Positions 27,640 to 40,429 of a stretch of 64,000 bases of DNA are shown here, piece by piece. The translations under genes were made by a program, and so were the position numbers. The stretch comes from Vicugna vicugna. Lineage: Eukaryota. Numbering within the stretch: position 1 is the stretch's first letter; every line of letters starts with the position of its first letter. The notes under the pieces are model-generated. The model ran no database searches and had not been told where the DNA came from. It was given only the letters and a program-made list of their open reading frames with translations. The stretch is taken from NCBI GenBank assembly GCA_013265495.1, contig MU058103.1:1000870-1064869 (forward strand). Direction: 5' to 3'.

Positions 27640-28620
27640 GAGACAGAAGCATGGGAAGGTCTCCAAGGCACAGCAAACAGTGTGTGTGTGGCATGTTTGG
27701 AGAACTGCACAGAATTTGGCACCCGTGAAATAAAAAGGCCAAAAACTGCAGAGCAGAGGTTGGGTCCAGATCATGGCCGCTTCTGTGCTGAGGAGCTGTA
27801 CTTTATCCTTAAAGCAAAGGGGCACCACTGAAGAGCTGTAATTATAGAAATGTCAAGATCCGACCTGGGCTTAAGGAATAATTCCGGCATCAGTCATGGA
27901 ATTCCTCAAATTAAAAGCCAAGTTACATCATTGACTCCTTCCTACCTCTTACGCCCTCCCCGTGTCAAATGAATGCAAAAGTCTCTTCATTTTGCCCCTT
28001 AATTATTTCTCCAACTTGTCTGCCGCTCTGGATCCCTTTCTGACGCATTCCTGATCTGAGCCACCAGCACATCTCACCTGGACGGGTTTCCTCACTGGTC
28101 TCCCAGGAAATCCTTCTTTCTCAGGTCCACTCCACTCAGTACCCACCCGTCCTTTCCAACTACAGATGTGATCATGTCACACTTCTGCTGAAAACCATTC
28201 AGTGTCTTCTCCCAGCACTTAAAACTACACAAAATAACCTATAAGGCCCTGGAAAACTGGAGGGCACACCTCTCCAGTTCTGTTCCCTGGCTCTCCAAAC
28301 CTCGGTTCTTGGCCCAGACCATACTGATTCAACCTCAGGCTTCCCCTAGTGCCGTTTCTCCCGGCTGGAGCACTGGTCCCCGTCATCGCCTAGCAACATC
28401 AGCCTTCCCTTCCTGTCCGCAGCAGGCGTCTCTTCAGGACCACTCATCATGCCTGCAGTTACCTGTTCAGGGCTTGTCTTCCTAGCTAGACGGGAAGAAT
28501 GCAGGCCCACAGCTTCCTTCTTCACTGGTGAAACCCAGATGCCTAGCATGGCACCTGGCAAGTTGTAGATACTTAATGAGATTTGGGCAAATAAACTTGC
28601 TGAATAAATGAATAAAATGA
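27640..28620. mobile_element. L2 fragments in both orientations
   Basis: GATCATGTCACACTTCTGCTGAAAACC, and a 3' end GCCTAGCATGGCACCTGGCA...GAATAAATGAAT. Confidence 0.7.
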
Positions 28621-28934
28621 GATGCTCTCACTGTGTTAAGTGTTGTTGCTACAGAGACACATGAAACATGATCCCTTGTTCTCAGGGGACTCACAGTCTA
28701 TTAGGTGAGAGGGAGTAATGAACAAGATAGAAGTGTCTACGACTCATCCTAGCATGGGAGAACCAGGGGCTGTGACTACACAGTGAATGAAGAAACGCCT
28801 CCATGGGAGAGGTGGTACGTGGAGTAGTTCTGAGAGGAGCTGAAGGGACTTGAGTTAGGCTGCTAGAACCTCAGGGAAGGGGAAGGGCGGATGCACTCTC
28901 CACCAAGTAGACAGGAGATCACGTTACTGTGTCT

Positions 28935-29125
28935 AAAATAGATACACAACAAGGACCTACTGTATAGCACAGAGAACTGTATTCAATTTCTTGTAATAGC
29001 ATATAATGGAAAAGACTCAGAAAAGAAAAAATATATATGTATGTATATGTATAACAGAATCGCTTTGCTGTATACCTGAAACTAACATTGTAAATCAACT
29101 ACACTTCAATAAAAATTTTTAAAAA
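28935..29125 (+). mobile_element. Short lineage L1 3' terminus
   Basis: CAAGGACCTACTGTATAGCACAG...TTGTAAATCAACTACACTTCAATAAAA. Confidence 0.88.
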
Positions 29126-29478
29126 GTAGGGGATTATTGGTGTCCAGGGATCTGTTATGAAAGGTTTGAGTATTGTATAGTAATCCTATTGATACTGATA
29201 GAGAACAGTAATAGATTTCATCACCCTGGGGCAGAAATATGAATTGTCTGTGCTGTAAGCCTAATGTGCAGGGTTGAGTCAGTTTGCTAATAAGTGAGCC
29301 CAGCTGCAAATTCAACATCCTTATTGGCTAATAGATTCATGGTTTTAAAAAGTATGGCCGTATACACAGTAATCGTTCAAGTTACTACATTTTATAGGTT
29401 ACATATGTTGTAATAGATATCCTTCAGGATTCTTGAACATCTTAAGACATAATCATCATAAATTTGAAGAAGACAGTC

Positions 29479-29803
29479 TGATCCAGCAGTCCTACTTCTG
29501 TGCATATATCTGGAGGGATCTCTAATTCTAAAAGATACATGCACTGTAATGATCACAGCAGCACTATATACAATAGCCAAGACATGGAAGCAATCTAAAT
29601 GTCCATCAACAGATGACTGGAAAAAGAATATGTGGTATATTTATACAACAGAATACTACTCAGCCATGAAAAAAGAATAAAATAATGCCATTTGTAGCAA
29701 CATGGATGGACCTAGAGATCGTCATTCTAAGTGAAGTAAGCTGGAAAGAGAAAGAAAAATACTGTATGATATCACCCATGTGTGGAATCAAAAAAAAGAA
29801 GAC
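29479..29803 (+). mobile_element. Lineage L1 fragment (end of ORF2 and start of 3'UTR), truncated at both ends
   Basis: Reverse complement of sequence at 45700-46010 and 63380-63700. Stops at GGAATCAAAAAAAAGAAGAC. Confidence 0.88.
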
Positions 29804-30160
29804 TAATACTATTACTAATATTAAAGAAGACTAATCTGAGAATTAAAGTATAGAGAATGGATCCCTCAGATACATGTACATACTTATGTATAGACATACA
29901 CACATGGAATATATAGTAAATAGATAAAAATAGCTGTTATTTAAGTACCACTCTAAATATTTTTACACATTATCTAATCATATCTTCACAGTATCCCCCA
30001 AAGATACATATTCATATACCATTTTGCAGATCAGGAACCTGAAGACTCGCTGCGTGAAGTAACTCACCCTTGATCTTAGGGTGAGAACAAGGATTTGAAC
30101 TCAGGTTTTCTGGCTCCATAGCTTATTCCCGAAACTAGTCGGATTCACTGCCAAAACAGA

Positions 30161-30653
30161 CAGACTGCCTCTGACTTTCAGTGGTTGAACATGCGATGTT
30201 TTTGACTTTACAAAAGGTGTGAAAGCGATATGCATTTAGTAGAGACTGAACTTTTTGAATGTTGACCTCTTCCCAGGCTAGCAATATGCTGTGCGATGCT
30301 CTCTTGTCCTTCTGGGCAGTGGCAGCTCCAGGTCAGTCAGGTGATCACAAGGGTAAATGACTGATACACTCATAACCATCCCGTACCCACACAACCATTC
30401 TGTTTTCCACTTCCAGTACAATATTTGGCAAATTACATGAAATATGCAATACTTTATTATAAAACAGGCTTTATATTTGATGATTTTGCCCAACTTTTGC
30501 TAATGTCAGTGTTCTGAGCACATTTAAGGTAGGCAAGACTGAGCTATGATGTCTGGAAGGTTAGGTATATGAAATGCATTTTTAACTTAAGATATTTTCA
30601 ACTTACACTGGATTTCTTAGGATGTAACCTCATCATAAGTCAAGAGAGATCTG
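30161..30653 (-). mobile_element. MER47/Tigger5-like TcMar-Tigger non-autonomous element
   Basis: Degenerate TIRs CAGACTGCCTCTGACTT and AAGTCAAGAGAGATCTG followed by TA. Internal GTTCTGAGCACATTTAAGGTAGGC. Confidence 0.85.
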
Positions 30654-31271
30654 TAATTGGTATTTAATTACACCCTAGAAGTGAGGAAAAATACTAAGGT
30701 CCTTTCATGCAATAAACGAGAGAGACTGTTTATATGGCATTGTTATGACAAAGGGAGAATATCATCCTGAAACTTCAAAGGCAACCCCCTTTGCGTGTTT
30801 TGAGTTTGTTGATTTTGCTTTCAGCCCGACGTGCAGCCTGCATGACTAAGCTTTTCCACTGCTGTGGGATTCAGTTCAGGTATCCTGTGTGTCTTGGTGT
30901 CCACTGACGGCTGGGTCTAATGCTCCTGGAGGCACAGCTCATCCCTCATGCCCTGATAAGTCTTCTCTGTTGCCCTTCCATGTGTAAAATAGATTAGGCT
31001 TCCTTGGTATTGTCTTACAAAATATATTACAGAGGACTTAAAGTGGAATTCTTTGCTTTACAGAGTAAAGGGAAAGGGAGCCAGGTGAGTCTGAGCTCAG
31101 ATTTGCGTATTCTTTCAAGGTTTGAGAGTTATTATACTTTATTCAAAACTCATTGGGTCTGCCCTACTCTAGGCTCTTTATATCAGTTGTCACGTCCTTG
31201 TAGATCAGAGGGGCAGGTGATTATAGCATAAACCCAGGGGTCTTTAAGATTTTTCCCAATAATTTCCCTGC

Positions 31272-31415
31272 TTTTTTTTTTTTGACCTTTTTTATTTGTT
31301 CTTTGGGAGGAGGTAATTGGGTTTATTTATTTATTTTTAATGGAGGTACCAGGGATTGAACCAAGGACCTCGTGCATACTAAGCATGTGCTCTACCACTG
31401 AGCTGTACCCACCCC
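31272..31415 (-). mobile_element. tRNA-Ala-derived SINE (Vic-1-like)
   Basis: A box AGCTCAGTGG, B box GGTTCAATCC, the shared 3' motif CCAATTACCTCC and an A tail. Confidence 0.9.
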
Positions 31416-31689
31416 CTGCTCTCTCCATTATGCTTCTTATCCCTTACGTTCTATCTATCCATTTCCACGGGTCCACTTCTCCTATTTAGCTCATGAGACT
31501 TGCGATCTGACTGGTCCCCTTAGGTACTCAAAGTTTTCGGTAGGGGCTCCCCCGCAGAGCTCTTCCAGACTTAGCCAGACTTCCCACCCTGACATTTCCC
31601 CCATTAGGGTAAGCAGATCAAAAACGGTCATCAGCATCAAGAACGCTTGGTGCTGGGGACTGGAAATACATTAGGAAAAGTTAGAGCAA

Positions 31690-32070
31690 GCAGTGCTTGC
31701 TCAGTTGCTTATTTAATCAGAACTTGCTATAGCAAGAGAGTCAGCCTCCATCACCCGTGTTTGGCGGAAACTGAAAGGCAGGAGGGAGTGAGAAAACTTT
31801 ATAATTTAAAAAAGAGGAGAATACTTCAGGTCTGTTCCGACTGGAGGTTGCTGGCTTGGGGAAGCTAGAGGCAGGCTAACAAGAAGCAGAGCAGCTTATG
31901 TGATTGGTTTGGGGAGCACGTTTTGGCTTTCTCTGATTGGTCCTGAGTTCAAAGCAAAGACAGAGAAGGATGGGGTCTTTGACCAAATCCTGACTGTTTG
32001 GGGCCAGTTGCTGCAGAGGTTGTGGGTCAGAGGTCTGGCTATTGTCCACTTGTATATTTAGTCTTTTAGG
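31690..32070 (-). mobile_element. ERV1-class solo LTR fragment (MER89/MER90-like)
   Basis: GGGGAAGCTAGAGGCAGGCTAACAAGAAGC...TATGTGATTGGTT...TTTGGCTTTCTCTGATTGGTCCT resembles the remembered consensus. Confidence 0.65.
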
Positions 32071-32357
32071 ATGCAGACGGGGTAAGATTCAGGCCTTGCC
32101 TTTAATCAGTCTAGCAAAGGAAACAATCATAAACAGAATTTTACAGTAACAGGTGCAATAGGCAATAACAATTACACACAAAAGGTGCAGAGGTGATATT
32201 GGTTGGGGGAGAGGGTTTTTTATGGGAGGGATGAAGCCTACACCAGTAGAAATAGTAGATCAGCAGAATTTTGTCAAGTATCCAAGGAGAAAAGGGCATC
32301 ACAGGAAGAGGGAACAGCATACATAAAGTTAGAGAAACGTGAATCAATAAGGTGGGT

Positions 32358-32545
32358 GAAGGACCTACTGTATAGCACAGGGAACTACATTCAATTTCCT
32401 GTATTAACATATAATGGAAAAGAGTCTGAAAAGAAAAATATGTATATTTATTGTATATGAATAACTGAATCACTTTGCTTTACACCTGAAACTAACATTG
32501 TAAATCAACTACACCTCAATAAAAAATTAAATTAAAACAAACAGA
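32358..32545 (+). mobile_element. Short lineage L1 3' terminus inserted into an L2 remnant
   Basis: Closely similar to 28935-29125. Degenerate flanking repeat AATAAGGTGGGTGAAGG / AACAAGGTATGTGAAAGG. Confidence 0.85.
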
Positions 32546-33319
32546 AAACAAGGTATGTGAAAGGCCTATGTATTTTGGAATTGTGAAGCAAGATACTATG
32601 CTAAGTTTTAAGAATAAGATCACAGCTAAATCCCATAGATCCTTATATGCAGGGCTAACGAATTTAATTACCCTGAAAGATATAGGAGTCAAAGAGAGAT
32701 TTTCGGCTCAAGAGAGGTGGTGTTTAGTTTGTTAATGATAAAATATTTCAGCCCAGAGGGGCAGATATTTATGAAGAAGACCTTGAAATGTTCTGGACTC
32801 AAAGACTAGAGAAGCTGTGGAACCAAGGTCAGAAAGAGGATGTTGGGAAGAATGGTCCTGAGTGGGTAAAGACAGGAGAAGAGAAGTATTGAAAACAAAA
32901 TTCAGGTCAGTCTGGATAAAGCAAGTCGGCATCTGCATACAGGAATAACAGCTGGAAAGTCAGGGCCAGCGTCTTGCCCACTTGAGCCTGTCTCGAAATA
33001 ACTGTATATGACCGTCCTGAGCATCCTGGTCACCATCCTGAAATGATGCCCAGGATCTGACACATAAAGACTAAAATGCATGCACATTTTGAATATGCAA
33101 ATGTGTTTTATAACTATGATTGTTCCAATTCTATTGTTAGCATTTATAATGGAAAAATCTAGTAATCCATGTCTAGGAATAAATGATAGAGAAGCAATAT
33201 AAAAATGCTGAATGCATTAACTTTATATTAGAATTTCTTTCAGCTAATGACCTCAGGTATCATGCTTCATGGCAGGGGGTTGGCAAATTATATTTTATAA
33301 GCCAAATCTAGCATGCACC

Positions 33320-36300
33320 AAGAATCTTTTGTGTTTCCATACAAATTTTAACATTTTTTGTTCCAGCTTTGTGAAAAAAATGTCACTGGTAATTTGATAG
33401 GGATTGCATTGATTTGATATCTTGCCTTGGGTAGTATGGCCATTTTAACAATATTGATTCTTCCAATCCGAGAACACAGTATATCTTTCCATTTGCTTAT
33501 GTTGCATTCAGTTTCTGTCATCAGTGTCGTATAGTTTTTGGAGTACAGGTCTTTTGCCCCCTTGGGTAGGTTTATTCCTAGGTATTTCATTCTTTTGGGT
33601 GTGATGGTAAATGGTATTTTTCCTTAATTTCTTTTTCTGCTATTTCATTGTTGGTGTACAGAAATACAACTGATTTCTTTATATTAATTTTGTATCCTGC
33701 AACTCTACCAAATTCATTGTTGAGTTCTAGTAGTTTTCTGGTCACCTCTTTAGGGTTTTCTATGTATAGTATCATGCCATCTGCAAACAGCGGCAGTTTT
33801 ACTTCTACCTTTCCAGTTTGGATTCCTTTTATTTCTTTTTCTTCTCTGATTGCTGTGGCTAGGACTTCCAAAACTATGTTGAATGAAAGTTGTGAGAGTG
33901 GGCGTCCTTGTCTTGTTCCTGATCTTATAGGAAATGCTATCAGTTTTTCCCCATTAAGTATGATGATAGCTGTGGGGTTGTCATATATGGCCTTTACTAT
34001 GTTGGGTATGTTCCTTCTGTGCCCACTTTCTGGAGAGTTTTCATCACAAATTGGTGTTGAGTTTTATCGAAAGCTTTTCCTGCATCTATTTGGATGATCA
34101 TATGTTTTTTATTCTTCAGTTTGTTAATGTGGTGTATCACATTGATTGACTTGCAGATATTGAAGAATCCTTGCATCCCTGAAATGAATTCCACTTGGTC
34201 ATAGTGTATGATCTTTTTAATGCATTGTTGGAGTAAATTTGCTAGTATTTTGTTGAGGATTTTTGCATCTATGTCCATAAATGGTATTGGCCTGTAATTT
34301 TCCTTTTTTGTGGTATCTTTGTCTGGTGTTGGTATCAGGGTGATGATGACCTCCTAGAATGAGTTTGGAAGCATTCCTTCCTCTGTAATTTTTTGGAATA
34401 GTTTCAGAAGGATAGGTGTTAACTCTTCTCTACATTTTTGGTAGAATTCACCTGTGAAGCCTTCTTGTCCTTTTGTTTGTTGGGAATTTTTAATTACGGA
34501 CTCAATTTTAGTACCGGTAATTGGTCTAACCCTACTATTTCTACCTGGTTCAGTTTTGGCAAATTTCACCTTTCTAAGAAATTGTTCATTTCTTCTAGGT
34601 TGTCCGTTTTAGTGGCTCATAGTAGCCTTTTATGATCCCTTGTACTTCTGTGGTGTTTATAACTTCTCCTTTTTCATTTCTGATTTTATTAATTTGTGTC
34701 CTCTCTCTTTTTTCTTGATGAGTCTGACTAAAGGTTTATCAATTTTATCTTTCATATGTGGAATCTAAAAAACAAAAACAAAAACAAACAAACAAACAAA
34801 AACAAAGCATAAATACAGGACAGAAATAGACTCACAGACAGAGAATACAGACTTGTGGTTGCCAGGAGGGTGGAGGGTGGGAAGGGATAGACTGGGATTT
34901 CAAAATTGTAGAATAGATAAACAAGATTACACTGTATAGCACAGGGAAATATACACAAAATGTTATGATAACTCACAGAGAAAAAAAAATTTATCTTTCA
35001 AAGAACCAGCTTTTATTTTCAGTGATTTTTTTTTTTTAGTATCTATTTCATTTATTTCTGCTCTAATCTTTATGGTTTCTTTTCTTCTACTAACTTTGGG
35101 TTTTGTTTGTTCTTATTTCTCTAGCTGCTTTAGGTGTAAGGTTAGATTGTTTATTTGAGATTTTTCTTGTTTCCTGAGCTAGGCTTGTAATTGCTATAAA
35201 TTTCTCCCTTAGAACTGCTTTTGCTGCACCCCAGAGGTTTTGGATTGTTGTGTTTTTGTTTTCATTTGCATCAAAGCATTGTTTGATTTCCTCTTTGATT
35301 TCTTCACTGATCCGTTGGTTGTTTAGTAGCATATTGTTTAGCCTCCACGTGTTTGCACTTTTTGCAGTTCTTTTTCTTGTAGTTGATTTCTTGCCTTATA
35401 GCATTGTGGTCAGAAAAGATGTTTGATATTATTTCAGTTTTCTTACATTTGCTGAGGCTAGCTTTGTGGGCCAGCATGTGGTCGGTTCTGGAGAATGTTC
35501 CATGTGCACTTGAGAAGAATGTGTATTCTGTTGCTTTCTCATGGAATGCGCTATAGATGTCAATGAGGTCCACCTGGTCTAATAGGTTATTTAGGGCCTG
35601 TATGTCCTTATTCATTTTCTGTCTGGATGATCTGTCCATTGATGGAAGTGTGTTGTTAAGGTCCCCCACTATTATTGTGTTACTACCAACTTCTCCTTTT
35701 ATGTCTGTTAGCAATTGCCTTAGATATTGAGGTGCTCCTGTGTTAAGTGCATATATATTTATAATTGTTATGTCTTCTTCTTTGATTGATCCCTTGAGCA
35801 TTATGCAGTATCCTTCTTTGTCTCTTGAAACACTCTTTATTCTAATATTTATTTTGTCTGATATGAGTATTGCTACTCCAGCTTTCTTTTGGTTTCCATT
35901 TGAGTGGATTATCTTTTTCCATCCCCTTACTTTCAGCCTGCATGTGTCTCTAGCTCTAAAGTGGTTCTATTGTAGACAGCATATATGTGGGTCTTGTTTT
36001 TATATCCATTCAGCCAGTCTGTGTCTTTGGTTGGAGCTTTTAATCCATTTACACTTAAGGTAATTATCAATATGTATGTTCTTATTGCCATTTTGTTAAT
36101 TGTTTTGGGTTTGTTTTTGTAGATCTTTTTTTTTTCTCTCTCTCTCCTTGTGGTATGATGACTAGAGAAGTTCCTTTAACATTTGTCGGAAAGCTGGTTT
36201 GTTGGTGCTGAATTCTTGTAACTTCTGTTTATTTTTTAATTTAATTAAGTGTATCATTTAAATATTTCATGCCACTCTGTTCTAGCCTGTAGAATTTCTG

Positions 36301-36525
36301 CTGAAAATTAGGTGATAACCTTATGGGAGTTTCCTTATATGTTATTTGCTGCTTTTGTCTTGCTGATTTTAATATTTTCTCCTTATTCTTAATTTTTTTC
36401 AGTTTGATTACTGTGTGACTCGGTGTGTTCGTCTTTGGGTTGATCCTGTGTGGAACTCTCTGTGCTTCCTGGACTTAGGTGACTATTTCCTTTCCCAAAT
36501 TAGGGAAGTTTTCAATTATTAGCCT
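33320..36525 (-). mobile_element. L1 internal fragment: ORF1 C-terminus plus ORF2 endonuclease and RT, frameshifted
   Basis: ORF2 start near 36091 (MAIRTYILIITL). EN motifs IIVGDLN and SDHNAI. RT motifs [12 protein letters not shown] and LFADGMILY are spread over several frames. Confidence 0.95.
34755..34989 (+). mobile_element. Young L1 3'UTR fragment nested in the older L1, with an 11-bp TSD
   Basis: TTTATCTTTCA at 34744-34754 and 34990-35000. Opposite orientation to the host. Ends in A9. Confidence 0.9.
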
Positions 36526-36939
36526 TGATGTTTGTTATCAGTTAATCAATCAGTCTATAGAGTAGCAATTACATGTGGATGATGCCTTCTTGGAAAGGTG
36601 GGCACATATTGCTTTGTGTTTCTTTAAGTGACTTGAGTAATCCTAGCTCAACATTTCCATCCTACTCCTCTTCTAGACCCAGCAGAGGAAGTATATGCCT
36701 TGAAAGTGTCATTTTATTGCTGTTAGTACATATTGGCCAGGACTATGTTGTTTGATATATTTTAACTACCAATTGATCTTTGGATTATTACTCTGAAACA
36801 ATTCTATCACAAAGACAATATTTACATTTTTAATTGATGATAATTTAGAAATCTTAAAAAGAACATACCATATAACATCTACACATACATTTTATGAACA
36901 CATGTGCACACATGCACACACACACACATTATAATGTTG

Positions 36940-37765
36940 TGTTATGTAAAATTTAAGGACACAACTTCCAAAGCCAGACTGCTGGGTTTGAATCCTGGCC
37001 CCACTACAGGTGAGCTGTGCAAGTAAGGGCTAGTTACGGAACACCACAGTTTCCACAGCCATCAAGTAGGGATCCCAGTCACTTACCTTCGAGGGGTGTG
37101 AGGATTAATGCATTATTTCATTTAGTGCATATAGTTGAGCCCTACTAGGCGCCTATCTTGGTTGAGGCATTTGAGAAACCTCATTGAACAAAACAATGCT
37201 CCTTACTTCATGGAGCTTAGATCTGCCAGGAAAAGATAGACAGGAAACAGTCAGGTTGTCAACAAGTTTATTAGCTGTAATGCTGGAAAAAAATGAGTAC
37301 TGCTGAAAACAAGAAAGGAGAGCCGAGGAGGAGGATCCGCGCAGTAGCATGGGCGGTGGAGAAGCAGGGCTGCAAACCTGATGGAGGAGTCTGCGGGGCC
37401 TCTCTGAGAAGGCGAGGCTGGAGGGAAGGTTTGGAAGTGCCGAGCAGTCAGCCACGTGCATGTCTGGCCAAGAGCACGCCTGGCCTGGGGTCCCTAGAGC
37501 CCAGGCCCTCCCTGAGGTAGTACCTGAGGTGTCCGGGGAGCAGCAAGTGGGCCAGAGAGAGTGAGATGGAATGAGGAAGAGGGGCTCAGCAGAGTGGGGT
37601 TTCAGGGCTCTGGCTCACCTTTGGGATTGTGCGAGGACTCTCGCTTTTACTCTAGCTAAATGCCCTTCCATGGAGTTTGAGCAGAAAAGAGTATAACACA
37701 TTAAAAATTTAGAATAATGATTTCCTTGGCTTATAAGAAGTACTCAATAAATACTAGTTGTAATT
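36940..37765. mobile_element. MIR (+) interrupted by an L2 (-, ~37120-37700)
   Basis: CTGGGTTTGAATCCTGGCCCC on the left, TACTCAATAAATACTAG on the right, and L2 motifs between. Confidence 0.65.
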
Positions 37766-38289
37766 ATTATTATTATTACTGTTATTATTATGGTGTTTCC
37801 AGAGATGGGCTTATCATCTATGAAGGAGGTCAGTGAAATGAGACTGGAGAGCTAATTGTTACCAGACTTTAATTAACGTCACATCAGAGAGTTTGTACTT
37901 TATTGTGAAGACGTGAGGTATGAGGCACAGAAGCAATTTGAGAACCATCGTTACAGAAGGGTTACGAAATCAGTTTTGAGCTAAAACAATTGGATCCACT
38001 AGTATCATATCATGAGTTCAGATCGGTCATTTGTCATAGTCACACTATGCAGGTAATAAAAATAGTTAATAGTGATAAGCACTTGCTGTGAGCAACAAAA
38101 GTTTCTAAGTGCTTTCACATATTATCCCCTCAAACTCTATGATATGAATATATTGTTGTCTCCATTTTGTAGATCAATAAACAAAGATCCAGAAACATTA
38201 AGCGTTTTTTCCAAGTTCACACAGTCTCTTAGATGGGGTTCTCTACAAACTAAGGGGATGCTTACAAGCTAAGACTTCTGTGTAACATG

Positions 38290-38745
38290 TGACCCTAGAC
38301 CAACAGGAATGGTACGAAGGGTGGTGAAACAAGAGAAGAAAACATAAGGTGGTGTATTGCCAGGCTGGCCACAGCTTGACAAGATGACAGCCAGCTGAAT
38401 AGCTTTCAGGAAGAATTTGTGGATCCACCATGCCTGGGAGGGGAGGAAAGGAGAGGATTTATCTGATGGCTCCCCTTTGTCTTCCTTTCTCTGGTTGATC
38501 CTAGTTAGTCCACAGGATGTGAATTCCTTTGTATGTCTGGACATACTACCTGCAGACTCCAGGGGAGCCAGATCCCTCACTTCCTGGCATGATGCTTCAC
38601 CTGAGCTCCGAAGTGATGGAAGAGAGTCATATGGGTCTTGTCTGCTTCGACCTGGAACCAGAGCTGCTGGGCTCCTGCATGGCAGGCATGCTGATGCTGG
38701 TACTCTGTTGAAGAGAGAACTGGCCTTTCCTCCCAGGAAGCTGAG
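38290..38745 (-). mobile_element. ERVL solo LTR (LTR33-like)
   Basis: GGAGAGGATTTATCTGATGGCTCCC...TGTGAATTCC resembles the remembered LTR33 consensus. Confidence 0.55.
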
Positions 38746-39154
38746 ATAACCAAAGTGTTAGAAGAGGGCACTGCATGGTGTCACAGAAGTTAACGCTTTC
38801 CTCTGAGCAACTGGGGCTCAGTGGACCTGTGGGGATGATAGATTCCTGACAGGTACAGAAGGCTGGGTTGGATACACATAGCTAGGAAATCGATTCTCCA
38901 GGAAGAATAGATTGAATCCAGGAATTCTGACTCCAGAAACTCCCAAATATATTCTTAACTACTGCCCAGCCTGCAAACCTAAGGGTCACTACTTTTTAAA
39001 TGAAGATAAATAATTCAAAGAGACCAAGATTTGCAGTTCTGTCTGATTCACCATGATTACACCAACCTGGATCTTTTGGTCTCATATATTCTGGATTTCC
39101 ATCATCAGTATATAAACTTTAAGGAAAAACAACGTGTTAAAATCCAACTTTATA

Positions 39155-39280
39155 GGGAGGAGGATATAGCTTAAGTGGTAGAGTACATGCTTAGCATACA
39201 CAGGGCCCTGGGTTCAATCCCCAGTACCTCCTCTAAAAATAAAATAAATAAGTAAACTTAATTACCTTCCCCACAAATTT
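39155..39280 (+). mobile_element. tRNA-Ala-derived SINE (Vic-1-like)
   Basis: TAGCTTAAGTGGTAGAG...GGTTCAATCCCC...TAATTACCTTCCCC. Degenerate TSD AAAATCCAACTTTAT / AAAATTCAAGCTTAT. Confidence 0.9.
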
Positions 39281-40429
39281 AAAATTCAAGCTTATGGAAA
39301 CAAATCAATTATTCAAAATAATCATTTTTATCATATAAAACTATTTCTATTTTACACCAGAAAAGATTTCACCCTTCTAATAACCTTTTTCTCGAAGTGG
39401 TGGTACAGATTGGAGTTGGTTTTCAGATCATTAATCATTTGGTTTAGATACTATAAGGAAAAGGAATCATCCTAGTTTATTGACAAGGTTACTTTCAAAT
39501 AAAGACCTGTCACTGATCATGGCGTCAGGGAATTTCTGGTTCATTTAGACCAATCTTTGCCCAGAGTGTATCAAGGAGTTTGCTGACCTGGAGCAGGGTC
39601 ATTCTGTCATTTGACAACTCCAAGGGTTAGTGAGGCCTGCAAAGAGGAGCACAGTTTGAGTTCTTCCAAGTATCCACCATTGATATTTGAGGAGAAATAG
39701 ATGAGTAAAATGAAATCCATTAATCAATCATGCTTCAAATACTTATGAAGTATAAAACAGTGTTCTAAGCACTGTGGGGGACAGTCAGTTACAGGTGACG
39801 AAGTGTGACCCCTCGGAGGGCTCATGATAGTAATAGATAATTTGGTCTATGTGCTTGACAGACATTATGCATTAATCCTCATGTCAGTCCCATGAGGTCA
39901 GTTCAGAACTTGGCTTATCTGACAGACACAGAATCTGAGACTCTTGAAAGGTTAAGGTTACTCAGGGAGTTATGGTGTCTGGGGTTCAAATATGAAGAGT
40001 CTGGCTCCAGAGTCTAAGACTTTAGCCATGACATTAACAGGGGAGAAAGAATCAACCTTGAGGTCTTTGAATGAGGAAATCTATGTTAAGTGTTACAGTA
40101 GGGGCAGAAGCAACGTAGCGTCCTGTGAGAGAGGAAGACACTAATTCTAACCGAGGCTGGGGGGATGACGCGGGTCAAGGGAAGGGTATGTTGAGAGGGA
40201 ATCTTGATTAGATTGGGTCTTGAATTACTAAAAACTGTGAAAGTGAAGAGCTGTGTAGGCTCTTTCTAATGGTGATTAAATAAGTTTTAGTAATACATTT
40301 TATAACGTATTCCTGTGTTCCAAGATTCCATAGAATGAAAACTTACAGCTTTGTTCCTAGCAATAGATACTCATGGTCTAAGTCTAGGATTTCTATGTAA
40401 CCATTTAAGGTCTTAATCTTTTTCTTATG

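Noticed and set aside
33348..36091. Functional reverse transcriptase or endonuclease gene
   Set aside because: Split across many frames by stops and frameshifts, catalytic FADD changed to FADG, and interrupted by an insertion
39155..39235. tRNA-Ala gene (also at 58964 and 31340-31415)
   Set aside because: Stems are degenerate, and the copies share a non-tRNA 3' extension, A-rich tails and in two cases TSD-like flanks, so they are SINEs
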